Shown here: piece by piece, positions 9,436 to 20,155 of the stretch
How the letters are laid out: the number at the start of each line of letters is the position of its first letter
Numbering within the stretch: position 1 is the first letter of the stretch
Origin: an uncultured Candidatus Rokubacteria bacterium
GTDB lineage: Bacteria; Methylomirabilota; Methylomirabilia; Rokubacteriales; CSP1-6
DNA: 64,000 bases
Direction of reading: 5' to 3'
NCBI GenBank assembly: GCA_963762145.1
Contig: CAVXJS010000021.1
Location: 128,001 to 192,000 of the forward strand
Program-made: the position numbers and the translations under genes
Notes under the pieces: model-generated
Told to the model about the DNA's origin: nothing
What the model saw: the letters and a program-made list of their open reading frames with translations, nothing else
Databases searched by the model: none

Positions 9436-10350
9436 ATGGACTTCCAGCAGACCATCAGACGCCCGGTGTGCCTCGAGGGGATCGGCCTGCATTCGGGGGA
9501 AACGGTGAAGATGACGATCTCCCCCGCCGCAGCGGATACGGGCATCCTGTTCCGCGCCGCCGACGGCACCCTGATTCCCGCGAATGCCGATCACGTGGTG
9601 GATACCAATTCGGCGACCACGGTCGGGGCCTTCGGCGTGCGCATTCGGACCATCGAGCACCTGATGGCCGCGACGTCCGCGCTCGGCATCGACGACCTGA
9701 TGCTGGACATCGACGGGCCGGAAGTGCCCGCGGCGGACGGTAGCGCGAAGCCCTTCGTGGACCTGCTGCGCTCGGCCGGGCGGGTGAGTCTCGCCGCCCC
9801 CCGGCGGCCGATCAGCATCCGCGAGCCGATCCGCGTCGGCACGGAGAGCCGGTGGCTCGAGGCGGTGCCGGCGGATTCACTCCGCATCAGCTACACCCTC
9901 GACAACAACCATCCGATCATCGGCCTACAGGCGGGCACCTTCGAGATCACCGAGGAGGTCTTCTGCGAGGAGCTGGCCGCCGCCCGGACGTATGGATTTC
10001 TCCGGGACGTCCCGGCCATGCGACAGAACGGGCTGGCGCGCGGGGGCTCGCTCGAGAACGCGGTCGTGGTGGGCAAGCGCTCGGTGCTCAACGACAGCCT
10101 GCGCTTCCCCGACGAGTTCGTCCGCCACAAGATCCTCGACCTGGTCGGCGACCTGTCCCTCCTGGGACGGCCGCTCCGGGCGCACGTCGTGGGCCGCAAC
10201 GCGGGCCACGCGCTGAACCACCAGCTGGTGACCGCGATCCAGAAGGCCCTGGCGGCCGACCGCCGGCGGGCCGCCGCGCGCGTCACCCGCCCCGTCCCCG
10301 CCCCGGTGGCTGCCGGCGACGGGTTCCTCCCGGGTGTCGCGGCCCTGTAG
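9436..10350 (+). CDS. lpxC: UDP-3-O-acyl-GlcNAc deacetylase
   Basis: QQTI, GIGLHSG, TIEHL, DGSA, ARTYGF, GGSLENA, EFVRHKILDLVGDL, GHALN. Confidence 0.98.
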   Translation: MDFQQTIRRPVCLEGIGLHSGETVKMTISPAAADTGILFRAADGTLIPANADHVVDTNSATTVGAFGVRIRTIEHLMAATSALGIDDLMLDIDGPEVPAADGSAKPFVDLLRSAGRVSLAAPRRPISIREPIRVGTESRWLEAVPADSLRISYTLDNNHPIIGLQAGTFEITEEVFCEELAAARTYGFLRDVPAMRQNGLARGGSLENAVVVGKRSVLNDSLRFPDEFVRHKILDLVGDLSLLGRPLRAHVVGRNAGHALNHQLVTAIQKALAADRRRAAARVTRPVPAPVAAGDGFLPGVAAL

Positions 10351-10458
10351 GCCGCCACCCCCTCCCGCCCGCCTCTTCCCTACCGCCCGGAGCGCCCGAG
10401 GCCGAACCCGCCCTGCCCGCAGGGCCCGACGCTATAGCTATAATGGTCCGGCTGCTCT

Positions 10459-11046
10459 ATGGGGACTTGCCGGCGCCACACGATCCGCAGCTGGGCCTTC
10501 GCCGGCGGTCTGCTCGCCGCCGTCCTGCTGGGGACGGCGGCGGCGGACGCCGAGGTCCGCGTCAGCAACCTGGCCGTGTTCCTCAACGACTACGACGTGA
10601 CCGTCACGGTGGTGCTGTTCGGGGCGGTGCCGAGCGCGCTCCATGAGAGCCTGCACACCGGCATCGCGGCTCACGTGCGCTACTACGTGGAGCTCTGGCA
10701 GCACACGCGCCTGGGCGTGGACCGGCGCCTGCAGGCGCGCATGGTGGAGCGGCAGCTCACCTACAACGTGCTCACCAAGGAGTACAAGGTCGCGCCGCTC
10801 AAGGGGGAGCAGCGCGAGCCGCTGCTCACCAAGGACCTGCGCGAGGCTCAGCGCGTGATCTCCGAGCTCCGGGTGGGCCACCTGGCCCCGGTCGCCGCGC
10901 TCGACAAGCAGGAACTGTACTACGTGCGCGTCCGCTCCGACGTCTCGCTGGGCGGCGTCAACTCCTGGTTCGCGCGCATGACCGGCGAGGCCGAGGAGAC
11001 CCCGTGGGTGCAGTCGAGCCTCCTCACCCCGGTGCGGAGCCAGTGA
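10459..11046 (+). CDS. Exported DUF4390-like protein
   Basis: Signal peptide, LTYNVLTKEY motif, directly upstream of ntrY; TATAAT at 10439-10444. Confidence 0.75.
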   Translation: MGTCRRHTIRSWAFAGGLLAAVLLGTAAADAEVRVSNLAVFLNDYDVTVTVVLFGAVPSALHESLHTGIAAHVRYYVELWQHTRLGVDRRLQARMVERQLTYNVLTKEYKVAPLKGEQREPLLTKDLREAQRVISELRVGHLAPVAALDKQELYYVRVRSDVSLGGVNSWFARMTGEAEETPWVQSSLLTPVRSQ

Positions 11047-13289
11047 TGCCGCTCGCGACCCGACCGTCGCCGGTGGACGAGCAGGAGAAGCGCAAGCGCA
11101 ACCTCCTGATCATCGCCGGGGTCCTCGTCCTGCTGGTGGTGGCCACCGTGTTCGAGGTGGGCATCCGCGCGCCCCAGATCCCGTTCGCCTCCAACCTGAT
11201 CGTCTTCTTCCTCTTCAACCTCAACCTGGTCGTCTTCCTGCTGCTCCTGGTCCTGCTCTTCCGCAACCTGATCAAGCTCTCCTTCGAGCGGCGGCAAAAG
11301 ATCATCGGCTCCCGGTTCAAGGCGAAGCTCGTCTTCACCTTCCTGGCCCTGTCGCTGGTGCCCGGCATCCTGATCTTCCTCATCGCCTCGAACTTCATCA
11401 CCACTTCCATCGAGGGCTGGTTCAAGCCGCAGGTCGAGAAACCGCTCGATCAGGCCATGGAGGTGGCCCAGACCTACTACCAGAGCCTCGAGACCACCGC
11501 GCTGCGCCACGGGCGCTACATGGGCCGCGTGATCGAGCGCGACGGGCTCCTCGTCGAGAGCAAGCGCGAGGCGCTGGCCGGCTACCTGGCCGAGCAGCAG
11601 GAACGCCTCGGCGTCGCCGCCATCACCATCTTCAACCGGGACGGGCAAGAGCTCGTGCACGTGAAGAATCCGGTGCTCGCCACGGTGCCGACCCGCGAGG
11701 CCAACAACGAGCACGTGCGCCAGGCGCTCTCGGGCCAGGAGATCACCACCGTCCACGAGCTCGAGAACGGCGACATGATCCAGGCGATGGTGCCGGTGCG
11801 CGACGGCGACCACCCGGTGCCCGCCGCGATCGTGGTGGCGATCCACGTGCCCCAGCGCCTGGAAGCGCGGCTGCGCAACATCAGCCAGGCCTTTCAGGAG
11901 TACAAGCAGCTCCGCCTGCTCAAGAACCCGATCAAGGGCATCTACATCCTGCTCTTCCTGCTGATGACCCTGATCATCGTCTTCTCCGCCACCTGGTTCG
12001 GCCTCTACCTGGCGCGCGGCATCACCGAGCCCATCCAGATGCTGGCCGAAGGGACTCGAGAAGTCGCGGCGGGCAACCTCAACTACAAGGTGACGGTCCG
12101 GGCCGACGACGAGATCGGCATCCTGGTCGACTCCTTCAACCGGATGACGGGGGATCTCGCGGCCTCCCAGTCGAAGCTGGAGGAGACCTACCAGGATCTG
12201 CAGGCCAAGCACGGCGAGGTGGAAGATCGCCGCCGTTACACCGAGACCGTGCTGGAGGCGGTCGCCACCGGCGTGGTATCGCTGGACGCGGAGGGGCACG
12301 TCACCACCATCAACGGGTCGGCCGAGCGCCTGCTCGGCCTGACCGCGGCGCAGATCCAGGGCCGGCCCGTGGGGCGGGTGTTCCGGTCGCCCGAGTACGC
12401 GGAGATCGACGCGCTGATCCAGCGCATGGGCCGCGGACGCGAGGGCACGCTCGATCGCGAGGTGCATCTCCGCCGCGGCGGCCAGGCGGTGGCCCTGCTC
12501 GCCTCCGCCACCGCGCTGCGCGGCCCCGACGGCGCCTACCTGGGCATGGTGCTGGCCTTCGACGACCTCACCGAGCTGCTGAAGGCGCAGCGCCTGGCCG
12601 CCTGGCGCGAGGTCGCCCAGCGCATCGCCCACGAGATCAAGAACCCGCTCACGCCGATCCAGCTCTCGGCCCAGCGCCTCCGGCGCCGGCTCAGCACCGA
12701 CCGCAGCCCGGACGAGAAACGCCTTCTGGAAGAGGCCACCGCCACCATCATCCAGGAGGTGGACGCCCTCCGGCAGCTGGTGGACGAGTTCTCGCGCTTC
12801 GCCCGCATGCCCGCGCTGACCCCCAAGCCCACCGAGCTGGCGCGGCTGCTCGAGGGCGTGGTGGTGCTCTACCGCGAGTCGCATCCGAGCCTGGCCATCC
12901 GCTCCGCCTTCTCGCCGGATCTGCCCCCGATCGAGGTGGACCCGGACCAGATCAAGCGCGCGGTCCTCAACCTGGTTGACAACGCGGTGGAGGCGGTGGG
13001 CGGCACCGGCGAGGTCTGGGTCCAGACCGCGTACCTGCCCGAGTCGCACCGCGTCCGCATCGTGGTCAGCGACGACGGACCGGGCATCTCGGCCGAGGAC
13101 CGCGAGCGCCTCTTCATGCCCTACTTCTCCACCAAGGCCACCGGCATGGGGCTCGGGCTGCCTATCGTCCATCAGATCGTGTCCGACCACGGCGGGACGA
13201 TCCGCGTGGAGGACAATGCGCCGCGCGGCAGCCGCTTCGTGATCGAGCTGCCCGCGGGCCGGCCGGTGGCCGCGCCGGTGCAGGCCTGA
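11046..13289 (+). CDS. ntrY: NtrY-type sensor histidine kinase (TMs, HAMP, PAS)
   Basis: AWREVAQRIAHEIKNPLTPIQLSAQRL, LVDEFSRFARMP, PYFSTK, GMGLGL. Confidence 0.93.
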   Translation: MPLATRPSPVDEQEKRKRNLLIIAGVLVLLVVATVFEVGIRAPQIPFASNLIVFFLFNLNLVVFLLLLVLLFRNLIKLSFERRQKIIGSRFKAKLVFTFLALSLVPGILIFLIASNFITTSIEGWFKPQVEKPLDQAMEVAQTYYQSLETTALRHGRYMGRVIERDGLLVESKREALAGYLAEQQERLGVAAITIFNRDGQELVHVKNPVLATVPTREANNEHVRQALSGQEITTVHELENGDMIQAMVPVRDGDHPVPAAIVVAIHVPQRLEARLRNISQAFQEYKQLRLLKNPIKGIYILLFLLMTLIIVFSATWFGLYLARGITEPIQMLAEGTREVAAGNLNYKVTVRADDEIGILVDSFNRMTGDLAASQSKLEETYQDLQAKHGEVEDRRRYTETVLEAVATGVVSLDAEGHVTTINGSAERLLGLTAAQIQGRPVGRVFRSPEYAEIDALIQRMGRGREGTLDREVHLRRGGQAVALLASATALRGPDGAYLGMVLAFDDLTELLKAQRLAAWREVAQRIAHEIKNPLTPIQLSAQRLRRRLSTDRSPDEKRLLEEATATIIQEVDALRQLVDEFSRFARMPALTPKPTELARLLEGVVVLYRESHPSLAIRSAFSPDLPPIEVDPDQIKRAVLNLVDNAVEAVGGTGEVWVQTAYLPESHRVRIVVSDDGPGISAEDRERLFMPYFSTKATGMGLGLPIVHQIVSDHGGTIRVEDNAPRGSRFVIELPAGRPVAAPVQA

Positions 13290-13297
13290 GACCAGCC

Positions 13298-14662
<1,365 letters not shown>

Positions 14663-14668
14663 CGTACC

Positions 14669-14697
14669 TCTTCAGGTTCTATCCAATGCGGGGGCCC
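14669..14697 (-). repeat. Half copy of the dispersed palindromic element
   Basis: TCTTCAGGTTCTATCCAATGCGGGGGCCC matches the flank and one arm of the full copies. Confidence 0.65.
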
Positions 14698-14712
14698 GGC
14701 TCGGTTGAGCGT

Positions 14713-15950
14713 GTGACCTCCTTCGACCTGTTGCTGCTCGACTGTCGGCTTCCGGATGGCCGCGTGGCGGACATCGGTTGCCTCGGTGGGCGCATCGTCG
14801 AGATCGGGGCGCTCGCGGGGCGGGCGGCGGAGCGCGAGATCCTCTGTGAAGGACGCGCGGTGACGGCGGGGCTCGTGGATGCGCACGTTCACCTCGACAA
14901 GGCCTTGCTGGGCGCGCGGGCCCCCAGTGAGCTGGGCACGGTGGCCGAGGCGATCCGGGTCACCGGCCTGGCCAAGCGCAGCTTCACCCGCGCGGACATC
15001 GCGGATCGGGCGCGGCGCGTGCTCGACCTGGCGGTGCGCCAGGGCACCACCGCGATGCGCAGTCACGTGGAGGTGGACCCGATCGTCGGCCTCATGGGCT
15101 TCGAGGCGCTCCTGCCGCTCCGGCGCGAGTACGCACCCGCGATCGACCTGCAGCTCTGCGCCTTCGCCCAGGAGGGGATCCTCCAGATGCCCGGCACCGA
15201 GGCGCTCCTCCGCGAGGCCCTCCGCATGGGAGCGGACCTGGTGGGCGGCGTTCCCTACAACGACACCGACGCGCACCGGCACATCGCCATCGTCTTCGAC
15301 CTCGCGGCCGAGTTTCGGAGTGGATGTGGACTTCCACGCCGACTTCTTCGACGAGCCGCAGCATCTCCACGCCCTGCACATCGCGGAGGAGACGGTCCGG
15401 CGCGGCTGGCAGGGCCGCGTGGCGCTCGGTCACATGAGCGAGATGGCCGCGCTCCCGCCCGACGAGCAGGAGCGGGTGGCCCGCGCGCTGGCCGATGCCG
15501 GGGTGCCGGTCATCTGCTGCCCGCGACCGATCTCTACCTGATGGGGCGCAAGGACGTGCGCGCCGTACGCCGCGGAATCGCGCCGGTCAAGCGCCTGCTC
15601 GCGGCGGGCGTGACGGTGGCCGCGGCGACCAACAACGTCCGCAACGCGTTCACCCCGCTCGGCACCGCGGGGCTCCCGCTCATGGGGTACCTGCTCGGCG
15701 TCGCCGCGCACATGGGGGCCGACCCGGAGCTGCGCCTCGTCCTCGACATGCTCGGCGCGCACCCGGCGCGCATTCTGCGGCTGCCCGATCACGGCCTGGC
15801 GGTGGGCCGCCGGGCGGACCTGGTCATCTGGGACGCCGAGCGCGCGGAGGACATCGTCGCCCCCTCGCCCCGTGCCTCCTGGTGGTCAAGGCCGGGCGGG
15901 TCAGCATCGAGCACGGGAGGTCGGTGGCGGAGCCCTGGCGCAATTCTTGA
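14713..15950 (+). CDS. Cytosine-deaminase-like amidohydrolase (frameshifts near 15315, 15515, 15865)
   Basis: DAHVHLDKA, GTTAMRSHVEVD, DLVGGVPY, DFHADF, NNVRNAFTPLG, RADLVIWD spread over shifted frames. Confidence 0.8.
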
Positions 15951-15975
15951 CCCCGGCCCCGGGACAGACTACGGT
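15947..15975 (+). promoter_or_regulatory. Sigma70-type promoter for the cyclase gene
   Basis: TTGACC-17 nt-TACGGT, 11 nt before ATG 15987. Confidence 0.5.
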
Positions 15976-15986
15976 GCCCCCACCAG

Positions 15987-18900
15987 ATGCAGTGCCTCCA
16001 GTGCCACGCGGATAACCCGCCCCCGGCGAAGTTCTGCGCGGACTGCGGCGCGGCGCTCTCGCCCTCATGCCGGCGGTGCGCCAGCCCGCTGCCGCCGACC
16101 GCGCGCTTCTGCCCGGAGTGCGCGGAGCCCACCGGGGCGCGGCCCACCGAAGGCTCCCGCTTCGCGTCGCCCCGTGTCTACACTCCCCGGCACCTGGCGG
16201 ATCGCATGCAGGGCATGCGCGACTCGCTCGAGGGCGAGCGCAAGCAGGTCACGGTGCTGTTCGCGGATCTCAAGAGCTCGCTCGAGCTTCTGGCCGACCG
16301 TGACCCCGAGGAGGCGCGGCAGATCCTCGACCCGATCCTCGAATCCATGATGGAGGCGGTCCACCACTACGAGGGCACCGTCAACCAGGTGCTGGGCGAC
16401 GGGATCATGGCCCTCTTCGGCGCGCCGCTGGCCCACGAGGATCATGCCCTCCGCGCCTGCTACGCGGCACTGCGCATGCAGGACTCGGTCCGGCGCTACG
16501 TGGCCGGGATCCCGGGCCTCGGGGTGCCGGTGCGGATCCGGGTCGGGATCAACTCGGGTGAGGTCGTGGTGCGGGCGATCGGCGGCGACCTGCACATGGA
16601 CTACTCGGCGGTCGGCCAGACCACGCACCTCGCCGCCCGCATGGAGCAGCTCGCGCAGCCGGGCGCCACCCTGCTCACCCGCGAGACCCTGCAGCTCGTC
16701 CGGGGCCACGTCGCGGTGCGGCCGACGGGGCCCCTCGTGATCAAGGGTCTCACCGACCCGCTCGAGGCCTTCGAGCTGATCGGACGTGGACAGGCGCGCT
16801 CCCGGCTCCAGGCTTCCGCGACCCGCGGGCTCACCCGCTTCGTCGGGCGCGAGACCGAGCTCGGCATGCTCGGGCGCGCGATGGAGCGCGCCGGGGCCGG
16901 GTACGGGCAGATCGTCTGCGTCATCGGCGAGCCCGGGGTGGGCAAGTCGCGCCTCCTTCACGAGTTCATCCACGACACCCTGCCCCCCGCATGGCGGGTG
17001 ATCGAGACGGCCACTGTGTCCTACGGGCGGGCGACGCCGTACCTGCCGGTCGTCGCGCTGCTGCGCGACTACTTCCAGGTCGAGGACGGCGACGACGAGG
17101 TCAAGGTGCTCGACAAGGTGGGCGCGCGCCTGCGCGGCCTCGACGACACGCTCGCCGCGGACATCCCGGTGGTGCTCTCCCTCCTGGACGCGCCCGTCGC
17201 CGACGACGCCTGGGACGCGCTCGATCCGACCCAGCAGCGACGCCGCACGCTGGAGTTCCTGCGGCGCCTCTTTCTCCTGGAGAGCCAGGCCCGGCCGCTC
17301 TGCCTCGTGCTGGAGGACCTGCACTGGATCGATTCGGAGTCGCAATCCCTGCTCGACCGGGTGATCGAGAGCCTGCCGACCGCCCGGATCCTCTGCGTGG
17401 TCAGCTCGCGGCCCGAGGTCGAGCACGACTGGTCCAACAAGAGCTACTACACCCAGATCTCGCTCGAGCCGCTCGCGCCCGGGCTCGCCCAGGCGCTGCT
17501 GGATACGCTCCTGGGAGGTGATGCCGCGCTCGACACTCTCAAGGGGCAGCTCATCGAGCGGACGGAGGGGAACCCCTTCTTCCTGGAGGAGAGCGTGTGG
17601 CATCTCGCGGAGACGGGCGCGCTCACCGGCGCCCGCGGCGACTACCGGCCCGCCCGCACGGTCCGCGACGCACAGGTGCCCGCGACCGTCCACGCGGTGC
17701 TGGCCGCCCGCATCGACCGCCTGCCCGCGCTGGAGAAGCGTCTCCTGCAGGCCGCCGCGGTCATCGGCAAGGACGTGCCGGTGTCCCTGCTCGCCGCGAT
17801 CGGCGATCTCGGCGAGGATCGGCTGCGGCTCGCGCTGCGGCAGCTCCAGGCCGCCGAGCTGCTCTACGAGATCCCGCTGTTCCCGGCACCCGAGTACACG
17901 TTCAAGCACGCGCTGACGTACGAGGTGGCCGCGGCCAGCGTCCTGCGGGAGCGCCGGCGCGCGCTCGACGGGCGCATCGTGGAGACGATCGAGGCCCTCG
18001 GAGCCGAGCCGCGCGCGGACCAGGTCGAGCGGCTCGCGCACCACGCCCTCCGCGGCGAGGTCTGGGACAAGGCGCTGACCTATTGCCGCCAGGCCGGCGC
18101 CCGCGCCTTCGCGCGCTCGGCTCACCGTGCGGCGGTGGAGTGGTTCGAGCGCGCGCTCACCGCGCTCGCACACCTGCCGGAGACACCGGACACCGCGGGG
18201 ACCGCGATCGACCTGCGCCTCGAGCTCCGCTCCTCCCTGAGCCCGCTGGCCGAGTTCAGCCGGATGCAGGACCACCTGCAGGAGGCGGAGCGGCTCGCGG
18301 AGGCGGCGGGCGACCGGCGCCGGCAGGGGCTGGTCGCCGCGTTCCTGACGAACTTCCACACCGTGATGCTCGAGCTCCGGCGGGCCATCGAGTACGGGGA
18401 ACGCGCCGTCGCGATCGCGGCCCAGGTGAGCGACGTCGAGACGCAGGTGCTGGCGCATACGTTCCTTGGTCTCGCGCGCTACGGACAGGGCGACTACCGT
18501 GCCGCGGTTCAGCTGGCGCGCCACAACGTGGCCCTCCTGCGGGGCGACCTGGTCCGGGAGCGCTTCGGCATGGCGGTCCTGCCCGCGGTCTACTCGCGCA
18601 CCGTGCTCGTGTGGAGCCTGGCCGAGCTGGGCGAGTTCGCCGACGGCCTCGCGGTCGGCCAGGAGAATGCGCGGATCGCGGAGGCGGCCGAGCATCCCTA
18701 CAGCATCGTCTTCAGCCGGTGCGGGCTGGGTGCGCTGCACCTGCGTCAGGGCGACCTTCCGCGCGCGGTGGCCGAGCTCGAGAACGGGCTCGCGCTGTGC
18801 CGCAGCGCCGACATCCGCGCCCCCCTCCTGAACGTGGTGACCCCGCTCTGCTCGGCCTACGCCCTGGCCGGGCGGATCACCGACGCGCGGAGGGTGGTGG

Positions 18901-19358
18901 ACGAGGCGGTGGAGATGGCGGTCGCGATGGGCGATCCCCTCGGGCACTGGCTCCGGACGGGGGTGCTCGCCGAGATCCACCTGGCCGCCGGGCGCGCCGA
19001 GGACGCGCTGCCCCTGGCCCGGCGCGCGGTCGAGCTGACCCGCTACGTGAAGAGCCGCGGGTCGGAGGCCTGGGCGATGCGCCTCCTGGGAGAGGCGGAG
19101 GCGAGCCAGCCGGTCCCGCTCGCCGACGACGCGCAGGCCACCTACCGCCACGCCCTCGCCCGGGCGCTGGAGCTGGAGATGCGTCCCCTCCAGGCGCGGT
19201 GCCACCTCGGGCTCGCGACCCTCGCGCGGCGGATCGGGCACGACCACGAGGCGCAGGCCGAGATCCAGATCGCCCGGGACACATTCCAGGCGCTCGCCAT
19301 GCCCTACTGGTCGGCTCGCGCGGAATCGGTCCTGGACGCGAAGCCCGCGGGAGGCTGA
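15987..19358 (+). CDS. Double zinc ribbon + class III nucleotide cyclase + STAND/AAA ATPase + TPR protein
   Basis: Four CxxC pairs, VTVLFADL, GDGIMALFGAP, GEPGVGKSRL, LEDLHWID, GNPFFLEE, TPR-like C-terminus. Confidence 0.92.
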   Translation: MQCLQCHADNPPPAKFCADCGAALSPSCRRCASPLPPTARFCPECAEPTGARPTEGSRFASPRVYTPRHLADRMQGMRDSLEGERKQVTVLFADLKSSLELLADRDPEEARQILDPILESMMEAVHHYEGTVNQVLGDGIMALFGAPLAHEDHALRACYAALRMQDSVRRYVAGIPGLGVPVRIRVGINSGEVVVRAIGGDLHMDYSAVGQTTHLAARMEQLAQPGATLLTRETLQLVRGHVAVRPTGPLVIKGLTDPLEAFELIGRGQARSRLQASATRGLTRFVGRETELGMLGRAMERAGAGYGQIVCVIGEPGVGKSRLLHEFIHDTLPPAWRVIETATVSYGRATPYLPVVALLRDYFQVEDGDDEVKVLDKVGARLRGLDDTLAADIPVVLSLLDAPVADDAWDALDPTQQRRRTLEFLRRLFLLESQARPLCLVLEDLHWIDSESQSLLDRVIESLPTARILCVVSSRPEVEHDWSNKSYYTQISLEPLAPGLAQALLDTLLGGDAALDTLKGQLIERTEGNPFFLEESVWHLAETGALTGARGDYRPARTVRDAQVPATVHAVLAARIDRLPALEKRLLQAAAVIGKDVPVSLLAAIGDLGEDRLRLALRQLQAAELLYEIPLFPAPEYTFKHALTYEVAAASVLRERRRALDGRIVETIEALGAEPRADQVERLAHHALRGEVWDKALTYCRQAGARAFARSAHRAAVEWFERALTALAHLPETPDTAGTAIDLRLELRSSLSPLAEFSRMQDHLQEAERLAEAAGDRRRQGLVAAFLTNFHTVMLELRRAIEYGERAVAIAAQVSDVETQVLAHTFLGLARYGQGDYRAAVQLARHNVALLRGDLVRERFGMAVLPAVYSRTVLVWSLAELGEFADGLAVGQENARIAEAAEHPYSIVFSRCGLGALHLRQGDLPRAVAELENGLALCRSADIRAPLLNVVTPLCSAYALAGRITDARRVVDEAVEMAVAMGDPLGHWLRTGVLAEIHLAAGRAEDALPLARRAVELTRYVKSRGSEAWAMRLLGEAEASQPVPLADDAQATYRHALARALELEMRPLQARCHLGLATLARRIGHDHEAQAEIQIARDTFQALAMPYWSARAESVLDAKPAGG

Positions 19359-19445
19359 GCCCGGCTTGTTGCGGTGCTCCCCCTCGCGTGATAGCGTCCC
19401 CGGCTGGTAATCCCTCTCCACTTGGATCTGAAGGAGGGCCCAATC

Positions 19446-20063
19446 ATGTCAGGTGGCACCCGCGGCGGCCAGGCGAAGCTCATCATCAAGAAAAAGACCG
19501 TGCACTGGCCTCCCAGCCCGGGCCAGTCGGGCCACCACAAGATCGAGAAGGAGAGCGAGGTCGACGCCCAGACGCCACCGCCCGACCACGCGCTCCAGCT
19601 CAAGCTCGGGCTCCGGATCAAGGCCGCGCAGGAAGTCGAGCTCTTCGAGGTCCGCCAGGCCTCGACGGGAACCCAGATGCCCCTGAGCGCGCAGCCGGCC
19701 AATGACTCGATCGCCCAGGATCTGGAGATCGCGCTCGGACGCGCCGCCGACGAGCGCTGGGCAACCTATCTGGCCAGCTACCAGCCCAGCTTCGGGACGA
19801 AGTTCACGTCGAAGCTCCGGCTGAGTCCTTTCGACGTGCACGATAACGGCTTCCAGGTCGTCACGGTCGCCTTCACGCACGCGAACCGCCAGTTCGCCAC
19901 CGACAACTACATCTTCGGGCTCAGCATCCTGCCCGGAAAGAACAACGCGGGAATCCAGCTCGGCCTCAACCCAGCGCCGGCGAAGAAGTCGAAGCCCGCG
20001 AAGAAGGCCAAGGCCGTCAAGAAGCCGAAGAAGGCAAAGGGCGCGAAGCGACGGAAGCGCTAG
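19446..20063 (+). CDS. Hypothetical protein with Lys/Ala-rich C-terminal tail
   Basis: SD AAGGAGG at 19431, protein-like composition, tail PAKKSKPAKKAKAVKKPKKAKGAKRRKR. Confidence 0.75.
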   Translation: MSGGTRGGQAKLIIKKKTVHWPPSPGQSGHHKIEKESEVDAQTPPPDHALQLKLGLRIKAAQEVELFEVRQASTGTQMPLSAQPANDSIAQDLEIALGRAADERWATYLASYQPSFGTKFTSKLRLSPFDVHDNGFQVVTVAFTHANRQFATDNYIFGLSILPGKNNAGIQLGLNPAPAKKSKPAKKAKAVKKPKKAKGAKRRKR

Positions 20064-20155
20064 ACCACGAGCCGATCCGCCCCGACGGCCGCGTCACCCG
20101 CGATGCCGCCTCGGGGGCTCTGCGCAGCTGGGTCGACCCGGGCGCGGCGCCGCTC

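Noticed and set aside
16065-19421. 1118-aa antisense ORF, and similar long antisense ORFs such as 10920-13190
   Set aside because: Mirror frames of GC3-rich genes with no recognisable motifs
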